Source: an uncultured bacterium (lineage in GTDB: Bacteria; Verrucomicrobiota; Kiritimatiellia; RFP12; UBA3636). Taken from it: 48,576 nucleotides of DNA. Numbering within the stretch: position 1 is the first letter of the stretch; the number at the start of each line of letters is the position of its first letter. Below the pieces are notes generated by a model. It saw nothing but the letters and a program-made list of their open reading frames with translations. It was not told where the DNA came from and searched no databases. Location of the stretch: contig CACWKU010000008.1 in NCBI GenBank assembly GCA_902761575.1, positions 1-48,576 of the forward strand, written 5' to 3'. The translations under genes were made by a program, and so were the position numbers. This document shows positions 22,432 to 30,077 of the stretch, in pieces.

Positions 22432-24345
22432 ATGAAACCCTTCCTCCATTCGCCGCGTAGCGGCGCCCATCATTCGGCGCGAAGCGCCGCCCTCCATTCG
22501 GCGGCAACGCCGCCCTTCATTCGCGCCATAGGCGCGTCCTTCATTCGCGCCATAGGCGCGCCCTTCATTCGCGGCGTAGCCGCGCCCTTCATTCGCCGCG
22601 TAGCGGCGCTCTTCATTCTCTGCGCGGCCGCGCCCCGCGCGGCCGCGCAGTGCGCCGCGCAGGGCGTCACGCTCAAGCCCGGCTGGAACGCCGTCTACGT
22701 CGAGGTCTCGCCCGAGGCGGACGCCACCGCGGTCTTCGGGCCGTGGCCGGTCGACTCGGTCGGCGTCTACGACCCGGCCTCGTTCCTCGCCACGCGCCAG
22801 TTCTCGGCGGACGGCGGGTCGGACGGCCTCGTCTCGTCGCCCATCTTCATGTGGAACCGCGAGTACCCCGAGGCGACGTCCGTCACGCGCGTCCCCGCGG
22901 GCGTGGTCTGCCTCTGCTTCAACACGAACCTCGCGAGCGGGGCGGAGGGGACGTTCTCGACGAACCTCGTCGGCGTCCCCGCCGCGCCGCGCACGACGTG
23001 GCACCGCAGCGAGGGCGGCGAGGTGCTCAACTACTTCGGCTTCTCGGTGCGCCCCGGCGCGGCGGTCGCGCCCGGCGCCTACCTCGCCGGCTTCGGCGAC
23101 CTGGCGGGCGGCTCGCTGCTGCGCATCGGCGGCAAGCGGCGCGAGGACCCGCCCTCGCGCCTGCCGGTCTACTCGAACGACACGGTCTCGGACGGCGAGG
23201 TGCTGCTCGTCGGCGCGACGGCGCCCTCGGACTGGTCCGGCGCGCTGTACGTCTCGCCGATGGACGGCCTCGACTTCGGCACCAACGCGACGCTCCGCAC
23301 GCTCTCGGTCCGCAACGACGGCGGCGCGCCGCGCACGGTCTCGCTGAAGCTGGACCGCGCCGTCGCGGAGCTCGACGCCCGCCTGCCCTTCGGCCCGGCG
23401 CTGCTCGTCTGGCGCGACGCGGACGTCGCCCGCACGAACGCCGCGTGGAACGCGCTCGAGGGCTTCGGCGCGTTCGCCTCGAAGCGCCTCGCCGCCGGCG
23501 AGACGTGGCGCCTGCAGTTCGGCCTCGACCGCGCGAGCGTCCCCGCCGGGCTCGTGCAGGGCATTCCCTTCGGCGCGCTCCTCACGGCGCTCGACGACGA
23601 CGGCGGCTCGCAGATGAAGGCGACCGTCCCGCTGCGCGCGGAGACGAGCGGCGCGGACGCCGCGCGCACCGCCTGGCCCTCCGGGCTGTGGATCGCCGAC
23701 GTCGCGCTCGACACGGTGGACTTCGCCTCCGCCGAGAACCCCGCCCCCGCGGGCGGCGTCCTCAAGCTGCGCCTCCCGCTGCACGTCGACGCGGAGGGCA
23801 AGGTCCGGCTGCTGCAGCGCGTCGTCGCCGCGGGCGAGGCCGACGCCGCCGGCAACCTCGCCTACCGCCTCTACGCGGGCGAGGCCGAGCCGCCCGCCAC
23901 CGCGTCGCAGGCGCTGCGCATCTCCTCGGCCGTGCTGCCGACCGAGACGCCGGTCGTCGAGGCCTCGTTCGCCGACTTCTCGTCCGCGATCGGCATCGCG
24001 ACGTTCCAGTTCGAGGTGGCGGCGGACGGCGCCACGAGCCTCCTGCGCCACCCCTACCATCCGCAGCACGACGGCCTGCGCTGGGACTTCTCCACGCCGG
24101 CGCCATCCGGCGATTTCATCGACAACTACAAGGGCGAGGTAAAGCCCGAGACCTTCTCCGTGAAGAACACGCTCATGCTGTCGTTCGACTTCGGCGCGGG
24201 CGCCTCGCGCTGGGACCCGCAGGACGCCGTCTCCGGCTCCTGCTGGTGGAGATTCTCGGGCCTCCGCCGCGAAGGCGACCTCGTCGCCTCCGGCCCCCTC
24301 TCCCTGAAGCGCGTCTCCGCCCTCTCGGAAATCGTCCTCGAATAA
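22432..24345 (+). CDS. secreted hypothetical protein (637 aa) with hairpin-array leader
   Basis: It starts 14 nt after the serpin stop. The N-terminus is the translated repeat array and ends in RRVAALFILCAAAPRAAAQ. The mature part is unassigned and contains HPYHPQHDGLRWDF. Confidence 0.6.
   Translation: MKPFLHSPRSGAHHSARSAALHSAATPPFIRAIGASFIRAIGAPFIRGVAAPFIRRVAALFILCAAAPRAAAQCAAQGVTLKPGWNAVYVEVSPEADATAVFGPWPVDSVGVYDPASFLATRQFSADGGSDGLVSSPIFMWNREYPEATSVTRVPAGVVCLCFNTNLASGAEGTFSTNLVGVPAAPRTTWHRSEGGEVLNYFGFSVRPGAAVAPGAYLAGFGDLAGGSLLRIGGKRREDPPSRLPVYSNDTVSDGEVLLVGATAPSDWSGALYVSPMDGLDFGTNATLRTLSVRNDGGAPRTVSLKLDRAVAELDARLPFGPALLVWRDADVARTNAAWNALEGFGAFASKRLAAGETWRLQFGLDRASVPAGLVQGIPFGALLTALDDDGGSQMKATVPLRAETSGADAARTAWPSGLWIADVALDTVDFASAENPAPAGGVLKLRLPLHVDAEGKVRLLQRVVAAGEADAAGNLAYRLYAGEAEPPATASQALRISSAVLPTETPVVEASFADFSSAIGIATFQFEVAADGATSLLRHPYHPQHDGLRWDFSTPAPSGDFIDNYKGEVKPETFSVKNTLMLSFDFGAGASRWDPQDAVSGSCWWRFSGLRREGDLVASGPLSLKRVSALSEIVLE
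22441..22650 (+). repeat. mini-hairpin tandem array A1 (7-8 units of ~24 nt) plus 13-bp terminal hairpin
   Basis: Units are of the type CCTTCATTCGCGCCATAGGCGCG and CCTTCATTCGCCGCGTAGCGGCG. The terminal hairpin is CTGCGCGGCCGCG ccccg CGCGGCCGCGCAG at 22620-22650. Confidence 0.9.
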
Positions 24346-24389
24346 CCTCATTCAACCAACCAAACACCGAACCACCCAAACACCGAACC

Positions 24390-25475
24390 ATGAAAACCAC
24401 CATTCCTCATTGCCGCGAAGCGGACCGTCATTCGGCGGCGACACCGCCGCCCTTCATTTGCGGGGACGCCGCACCCTTCGTTCGCCGCGCAGCGGCGTTC
24501 GTCATTGCCGCGCTTGCGGCCTCGGCCGCAAGCGCGGCCGGCTTCCGCGCGGCGCCCGTCGCCGAATTCAAGGAAGGTGCCCTCTCCTTCGGACTCTCCG
24601 CCGGAACGACGTTCGTCGGCGGCGAGGCCCGCGAGCACGTCTTCCATCCGAAGGGGTATTTGTCCGACTATCTGGAGGAAATCCCCGGCGCGCCCGCGGA
24701 AGACCGCCGCCACCAGCTCTCCCGTCTCGACTGGGACATGGCCTCCGTCCTCGTGGGCGTCTCCGGATCCCTCCGCTACGACCGCCTCTCGCTCAACCTC
24801 GGCATCTGGTACGGCGGCAGCGGCTCCGACGACTACGACATGAAGGACTACGACTGGATGGCGGGCGACCACGTCCCCCATACCGAGTACTCCCGCTCCG
24901 ACACGGAGCTCACCGACGCCTGGCTGTTCGACGCCAACGTCTCCTTCGACTTCTGGCGCTCCGAGGGCTTCACGGGCTACGTCTTCGCCGGCGCGCGCGA
25001 GCAGCGCTGGAAGTGGACCTGCGACGGCCGCACCGACTACTGGTACACCGAGAACGGCCACGTCTGGGAGCACGAGGACGGCCACATCTGCGACTACCGC
25101 CAGGTCCTCTTCTTCGGCTACGTCGGCCTCGGCGGAAGCTGGAGGCTGACCGATTCGCTCGGCCTCTCCGCCTACGTCTCCTGGGGCCCAGGCTGGAAGG
25201 GACGCGACCGCGACAACCACATCGGCGCCGAAAAGGACACGCACGACTCGTTCGACTACGATTCCAACGTCTACGCCGCCGGCGTCTCGCTCGACTGGCA
25301 CGTCGCCGAGCGCGCGACCGTCTCCTTCGGCGTCGACTGGCAGAAGGCCACGCTCAACCAGGGGCTCCTCTCCCAATGGGAGTACGGCTCCGACGAGACC
25401 GAGGAGATGCCCGACTCCGCCGGCATGGAGAACGAGTACCTCTCCTTCACCGTCGGCCTCGACTACGCCTTCTAG
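24390..25475 (+). CDS. omptin-family outer-membrane protease (peptidase A26)
   Basis: It aligns by eye along its whole length to OmpT/Pla: SRLDWDM, KDYDWMAGD (the Asp-x-Asp catalytic pair), ICDYRQVLFFGYVGLGGSWR, RDRDNH (the Asp-x-His pair) and the C-terminal ENEYLSFTVGLDYAF. Confidence 0.85.
   Translation: MKTTIPHCREADRHSAATPPPFICGDAAPFVRRAAAFVIAALAASAASAAGFRAAPVAEFKEGALSFGLSAGTTFVGGEAREHVFHPKGYLSDYLEEIPGAPAEDRRHQLSRLDWDMASVLVGVSGSLRYDRLSLNLGIWYGGSGSDDYDMKDYDWMAGDHVPHTEYSRSDTELTDAWLFDANVSFDFWRSEGFTGYVFAGAREQRWKWTCDGRTDYWYTENGHVWEHEDGHICDYRQVLFFGYVGLGGSWRLTDSLGLSAYVSWGPGWKGRDRDNHIGAEKDTHDSFDYDSNVYAAGVSLDWHVAERATVSFGVDWQKATLNQGLLSQWEYGSDETEEMPDSAGMENEYLSFTVGLDYAF
24403..24538 (+). repeat. mini-hairpin tandem array A2 (~5 units) plus 15-bp terminal hairpin
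   Basis: Unit examples are TTCCTCATTGCCGCGAAGCGG and CCTTCGTTCGCCGCGCAGCGGCG. The terminal hairpin is GCCGCGCTTGCGGCC tc GGCCGCAAGCGCGGC at 24507-24538. Confidence 0.9.
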
Positions 25476-25483
25476 CACGCAAG

Positions 25484-25528
25484 TCCGGCGTGGCGCGGCG
25501 GGCGGCTCCGCCGCCGCCGCCCACGCCG
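25484..25528 (+). terminator. long imperfect GC hairpin after the omptin gene
   Basis: CCGGCGTGG...CCACGCCGG closes a ~45-nt stem-loop starting 9 nt after the stop. No U-tract. Confidence 0.35.
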
Positions 25529-25584
25529 GGCGTTGAACGGCCGCGCTCCGCGCGGCGCACCGCAGCCCCGGCAAACCGAACATC

Positions 25585-26355
25585 ATGCAGAAGCCCTCGC
25601 GCCGTTCCCGACTCCTCTGGGTTCTTCCGCCCGTCGCGTTTCTCGCGGCGTTGCTGCTCTGGTTCGTCGCCGAATGCGTCCGCGGAGCCGCGTTTCCCGA
25701 GCCGTGGAACGCCCCGGCGCATTCGCAGTGGATTTCGTTCCCCTTCGAGATTCTCGTGGCCGCTTCCGCCCTCGTGCTCGCCGGGGCGCCGTTCGTCGCG
25801 GCGATCAGCCGCCGAGGCGGCGCGGCAGCGCTTCTGTTTGCGAGCTGGATTCCGTGTTTCATCGCGTTCCTCTTCATCGGATTCATGTCGGGACGCGATT
25901 CCCAAAACCGCTGGGACCGCTTCGCGGACCGGCTCGAAATCCCGGAAGGCCTCGACGTCTCCGAACCCGTCGGAAAGAGCGAGGCGCCCGATATCGGTTT
26001 CGCCGCGCTGCCCGCGGATTCCGCGGATGCCGCCGCGCTGTGCCTTCGAGACTACGGGATGGGCTGCTACGCCGCCGCGATCTTCCTCCGGACGGCGGAG
26101 CCGGGTCGCATCCGCCTTCGCGCGGTCGAAGTCACGACCGGGCATTCCCTCTCGCCCTACGAGCTGGACGAGAAGACGTCGCGAGACCACGCCGGCGGCG
26201 ACGCCCGGTTCGACTGGCTCGAGTTCATCGTTGGCGAGGGCGACCTCGTCCACCCCTACGCAGCCCGCTTCGAAGTCTGTTTCCGCCCGGCCTCCGGCGG
26301 CCCCGAGCGCACAATCGGGTCGCGCGTCTACCGCATCGTCGGCTCGCAATTCTGA
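25585..26355 (+). CDS. hypothetical membrane protein (no hairpin leader)
   Basis: 256 aa with three or four N-terminal hydrophobic helices (LLWVLPPVAFLAALLLWFVA, ILVAASALVLAGAPFVAAI, LLFASWIPCFIAFLFIGFM) and a soluble C-terminal domain. No family recognised. Confidence 0.5.
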   Translation: MQKPSRRSRLLWVLPPVAFLAALLLWFVAECVRGAAFPEPWNAPAHSQWISFPFEILVAASALVLAGAPFVAAISRRGGAAALLFASWIPCFIAFLFIGFMSGRDSQNRWDRFADRLEIPEGLDVSEPVGKSEAPDIGFAALPADSADAAALCLRDYGMGCYAAAIFLRTAEPGRIRLRAVEVTTGHSLSPYELDEKTSRDHAGGDARFDWLEFIVGEGDLVHPYAARFEVCFRPASGGPERTIGSRVYRIVGSQF

Positions 26356-26397
26356 TCCCGTCCCCCCGTTTTCGAAAACTGACAAATCCCACCAACC

Positions 26398-28578
26398 TTG
26401 AACACGTCCGTCCTCCGTCATTGCCGCGAAGCGGCCCCGTCATTCGCGCCGCGCAGCGTCGCGATGTCATTGCGCCGCGCAGCGGCGCTCGTCATTGCCG
26501 CGCTTGCGGCCTCGGCCGCAAGCGCGGCCGCGCCGGTCACCCTCGCGCCGATGTTCCGCGACCACGCCGTTTTGCAACGGGACGTCCCCGTCCCGATCTG
26601 GGGAACGGCGGAGCCGGGGGCAAAGGTCGCGGTCCGACTCGTCCGTGCGGACGAGTCGGACGCGGAACCATGCGAAATGACGGCGACGGTCGGCGAGGAT
26701 GGACGCTGGCGCGTCGAGCTTCCGCCGCATCCCGCTGGCGGTCCTTACGAGCTCGGCGCAGCCGAGCTCCCCCATGCCCTCGGCGCCGCGTCCGCGCCGG
26801 ACGGCGCGGGCGCGCGCGCCGAGGACATCCTCATTGGCGATGTCTGGCTCTGCTCCGGCCAGTCGAACATGGACATGAACTACGGCTGGGGGCTCACGCG
26901 CGGGAAGGAGGACATCGAGACGAACGTGCACGCGAGGATCCGCCTCTTCGACGACCGCAACCGCACCGCGCTCTCGCCGCAGCGCGACCTGCCGGACGAC
27001 TACGGCTGGACGACCTGCGACCCCGCGCACGCAAAGTCCTTCTCCGCCGTCGGCTACTTCTTCGGGCAGGCGCTGCAGGAGGCGATGCCCGACGTCCCGA
27101 TCGGCCTCGTCGAGGCGTCCTGGTCCGGCTCGCCCATCAAGACCTGGATTCCCTACGAGGCCGCCGAGGCCCTCGGCGGCGATTTCGGCAAGCAGGCCGG
27201 CGAGCGCCGCGCCATCGCGGAGGCGTGGGAGAACGGCGGCGCCGAGCAGTTCAAGGTCGACCTCGCCGCGTGGATGGAAAAGCTGCCCGCAATCGACCCC
27301 GGCGACGCCCCCGCCGCGCCGGACTTCGACGATTCGGACTGGCAGACCGCCAACCTTCCCGAAATCACCGAGAAGCACACCAAGCCCGACTTCGACGGTT
27401 GGGTATGGTATCGCAGGACGTTCGTGATCGACGAAGAGGAGCATCCGGTCGTCGACACGGCCTCGCTTTCGCTCGGCCCCATCGACGACCAGGATTGGAC
27501 CTATGTCAATGGCGTTCTCGTCGGCACGACCAATGTGTGGGACGCACCTCGCGACTACAAGATTCCGGAAGGCGTCCTGCATTCCGGAACCAACACAATC
27601 GCGGTCAAGGTCCTCGACTGGGGCGGACACTCCGGATTCTGGAAGAACGCCCCCGCCGGCATGTCCGTATCGGTTTCGTTGGCGCAAGACGAAATCGTCA
27701 CCGAAGAATGCATCGTCGAAAGCAGTAGCACACGCACCATCCCCCTCGCCGGCGAATGGAAGTTCAAGGCGTTCCCGGCGGAGCCGCGGCCGGTGGACCC
27801 GTCGTCGCCGTCGTCGTGGGACATCGCCGCGTGCCACAACGGCATGGTGGCGCCGCTCTTCGGGATGGCGGCGAAGGGGGCGATCTGGTACCAGGGCTGC
27901 TCGGACGTCGGGCACGCGGACCTCTACGCGAAGCAGTTCCCGGCGATGGTCGGCGCGTGGCGCGAGGGCTTCGTGCACGACGACGCGGGCTTCCCGGTCT
28001 ACCTCGTGCAGCTCGCGGCGTTCAAGGAGGCGCACACGGAGCCGCTGGACTCCGCGTGGGCGCGGATGCGCTGGACGCAGATGCGGCTCGGCGAAACCGT
28101 CCCGCACTGCGGCACCGCCGTCGCGATCGACGTCGGCGACCACCGCGACATCCACCCCAAGGACAAGAAGACCGTCGGCGAGCGCCTCGCCGCTCTCGCG
28201 CTTGCGCAGACCTATGGTCGGGAAGGCCGGTCATTGAGCCCCGTGCCGTCGCAGGCGAGCTACGATTGGGCGGCGGGACACGTCATGATCCAATTCGTCG
28301 ACCCCGTATCCCTCAAGCCGGCGAAACTGCGAGAGGATTTCGACCTTCGCGGCTTCCAGGTTTTCATCGATGGCGGCGACTGGAAATGGGCGGAGAAGTC
28401 GTTCGTCAACGAAAAGATGTTCCCCGACACCGTGTTCGTGGACTGTCCCGGCGGAGTCCACACAAATGTTTGTGTCCGCTACGCGTGGGACGACTACCCC
28501 GACTGCAACCTCGTTTCCGCCGACGGCCTTCCCGTCGGCCCGTTCGAGCTGAAGGCGAAAATCCTCGATCTCAAATAG
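26398..28578 (+). CDS. sialate O-acetylesterase-like carbohydrate esterase with inserted galactose-binding-like domain
   Basis: The motif GDVWLCSGQSNM is typical of the 9-O-acetylesterase family. The segment DDSDWQTANLPE...WVWYRRTF is typical of a sugar-binding jelly roll. The track start is TTG. An in-frame ATG at 26464 would give MSLRRAAALVIAALAASAASA. Confidence 0.8.
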   Translation: MNTSVLRHCREAAPSFAPRSVAMSLRRAAALVIAALAASAASAAAPVTLAPMFRDHAVLQRDVPVPIWGTAEPGAKVAVRLVRADESDAEPCEMTATVGEDGRWRVELPPHPAGGPYELGAAELPHALGAASAPDGAGARAEDILIGDVWLCSGQSNMDMNYGWGLTRGKEDIETNVHARIRLFDDRNRTALSPQRDLPDDYGWTTCDPAHAKSFSAVGYFFGQALQEAMPDVPIGLVEASWSGSPIKTWIPYEAAEALGGDFGKQAGERRAIAEAWENGGAEQFKVDLAAWMEKLPAIDPGDAPAAPDFDDSDWQTANLPEITEKHTKPDFDGWVWYRRTFVIDEEEHPVVDTASLSLGPIDDQDWTYVNGVLVGTTNVWDAPRDYKIPEGVLHSGTNTIAVKVLDWGGHSGFWKNAPAGMSVSVSLAQDEIVTEECIVESSSTRTIPLAGEWKFKAFPAEPRPVDPSSPSSWDIAACHNGMVAPLFGMAAKGAIWYQGCSDVGHADLYAKQFPAMVGAWREGFVHDDAGFPVYLVQLAAFKEAHTEPLDSAWARMRWTQMRLGETVPHCGTAVAIDVGDHRDIHPKDKKTVGERLAALALAQTYGREGRSLSPVPSQASYDWAAGHVMIQFVDPVSLKPAKLREDFDLRGFQVFIDGGDWKWAEKSFVNEKMFPDTVFVDCPGGVHTNVCVRYAWDDYPDCNLVSADGLPVGPFELKAKILDLK
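26411..26528 (+). repeat. mini-hairpin tandem array A3 (~4 units) plus 15-bp terminal hairpin
   Basis: Its last 42 nt (26489-26530) are identical to 24499-24540, and it has the same terminal hairpin at 26497-26528. Confidence 0.9.
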
Positions 28579-28648
28579 CGTGCGACGCGTAGCTCGTTTC
28601 GCCAATTCCTCCACCATGAATCCTCGATTCCCCCGACATCCGATGCCC

Positions 28649-28690
28649 GGCCGCCTCGCGAGACGGCAGGGCCGGCTCGCGCAGGCGGCC
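28649..28690 (+). terminator. hairpin downstream of the esterase gene (possible terminator)
   Basis: GGCCGCCTCGCGAG ...13 nt... CTCGCG(C)AGGCGGCC lies 70 nt after the stop. Confidence 0.3.
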
Positions 28691-28793
28691 GAAATCTCCC
28701 GTTTCTGCGGCCCGTTCGAACTGGAGATCACGCCCTGACCCCTTGCCCGCTCCCCGGAGCGCCCCCCATCAAAAACCAAAACACACAACGACC

Positions 28794-29888
28794 ATGAATA
28801 CTCCCGCCATCCGTCATTGCCGCGCAGCGGCCCCTTCATTCGCCGCGAAGCGGCGCCCTTCATTCGCCACGAAGTGGCGGTCGTCATTCGTCCTTGCGGC
28901 GGCGCTTTGCGCGCTGGCGCAAAGCGCCGCCGCCGCGGACGTCTCCTTCGCCTACCAGGGCGTGCTGCGCGCCGACGACGGCGGCGCGCTCCCCGAACGC
29001 AACCAGACGGTCGAGTTCCGCCTCTACGACAGCCCCGACGGCGAGACCGCGCTCTGGGGGCGCACGGTCGCGGTGCTGCTCGACGAAAACGGGCTCTTCA
29101 ACGCCGAGCTCTCCGACTCCGCCGGCTCGACGGCCCCGGGCGCCCCGGGCACCGGGCTCGCCGGCGTCTTCGCCGCGAACGCGGACAAGTCGCTCTTCGT
29201 CGGCCTCACGGTCGTCGGGACGAGCGGCGAGATCGCGCCGCGCCAGAAGATCCTCCCCGTGCCCTACGCGGTCTTCGCCTCCGACGTCGCGTCCGCGAGC
29301 GGCGACTTCGCCGCGGCCGGCGTCCTCACCGCGGCCTCCGCGACGTTCTCGGGCGGCGTCTCGGCCGCCTCGCTCGACGTCGCCGGCTCCGTCGCGGCCT
29401 CGTCGCTCTCCGTCACGGGCGACGCGACCGTCAACGGCGACCTGCAGGTCGGCGGCGCGGTCTCCGGCTTCGGCACGGTCCCGCTGGAGTGCATCATCCT
29501 GTGGAGCGGCTCCGCGGACGACATCCCGAACGGCTGGGCGCTCTGCAACGGCCAGACCGTCAACGGGCACACGACCCCCGACCTGCGCAACCGCTTCGTC
29601 GTCGGCGCCGGCACGGGCTCGCAGTACACGGTCGGCGAAACGGGCGGCGAGGAGAAGCACACGCTCTCGGAGAGCGAGATGCCGTCGCACTCGCACACCT
29701 ACGACTTCAAGGGCGCGGACTTCAAGGGCGCGTGGGACGACGACAACTACGTCTACGACGCATCCGGGCACTACAAGGACAGGTCCCAGAACGACAACCG
29801 GCGGACCACCAACTCGACCGGCGGCGGCGCCGCCCACGAGAACCGCCCGCCGTACTACGCGCTGTGCTACATCATGCGCGTCCGCTAG
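28794..29888 (+). CDS. secreted tail-fibre-like protein with C-terminal phage tail collar domain
   Basis: ORF 28743..29888 was trimmed to MNTPAIRHC. The N-module is FAYQGVLRADDG...VEFRLYDS...ALWGRT...PRQKILPVPYAVFA. The collar motifs are IPNGWALCNGQ, TPDLRNRFVVGAG, MPSHSHTY and HENRPPYYALCYIMR. Confidence 0.85.
   Translation: MNTPAIRHCRAAAPSFAAKRRPSFATKWRSSFVLAAALCALAQSAAAADVSFAYQGVLRADDGGALPERNQTVEFRLYDSPDGETALWGRTVAVLLDENGLFNAELSDSAGSTAPGAPGTGLAGVFAANADKSLFVGLTVVGTSGEIAPRQKILPVPYAVFASDVASASGDFAAAGVLTAASATFSGGVSAASLDVAGSVAASSLSVTGDATVNGDLQVGGAVSGFGTVPLECIILWSGSADDIPNGWALCNGQTVNGHTTPDLRNRFVVGAGTGSQYTVGETGGEEKHTLSESEMPSHSHTYDFKGADFKGAWDDDNYVYDASGHYKDRSQNDNRRTTNSTGGGAAHENRPPYYALCYIMRVR
28809..28933 (+). 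repeat. mini-hairpin tandem array A4 (~4 units) plus 17-bp terminal hairpin
   Basis: It includes the covarying unit CCTTCATTCGCCACGAAGTGGCG. The terminal hairpin is GCGGCGGCGCTTTGCGC gctg GCGCAAAGCGCCGCCGC at 28896-28933. Confidence 0.9.
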
Positions 29889-29899
29889 CGCGGCCGCTC

Positions 29900-30026
29900 A
29901 TGATGAATGAAGGGTTCCACTGCGCGGAAAATGAAGGGTGCTTCGCAAATGAAGGGTGCGCCTGCGGCGCAAATGAAGGGTCCCGCTTCGCGGGAAATGA
30001 AGGGTGCGGCTGAGCCGCAAATGATG
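29900..30026 (-). repeat. reverse-complement mini-hairpin array (5-6 units) downstream of tail-collar gene 1
   Basis: AATGAAGGG + TGCGCC tgc GGCGCA / TCCCGC ttc GCGGGA / TGCGGC tga GCCGCA. It starts 12 nt after the stop at 29888. Confidence 0.9.
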
Positions 30027-30077
30027 CAGTCAAACAATCCACGCTTTGCAACCATGACACGTTTCTTCGTTGCTTGT

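Noticed and set aside
28618-28740. A 40-codon ORF (MNPRFPRHPMPGRLARRQGRLAQAAEISRFCGPFELEITP) in the esterase/tail-collar spacer.
   Set aside because: It is short with no recognisable features. It overlaps a probable terminator hairpin and has no ribosome-binding context. It is probably non-coding.
29907-30077. An upstream ATG (29907, or 30054) as the start of serpin-2.
   Set aside because: It would translate the reverse-complement array as MKGxxxx repeats. The other six leaders all begin 5-10 codons before the first forward unit, which favours 30078. This is not excluded, because the frame is open.
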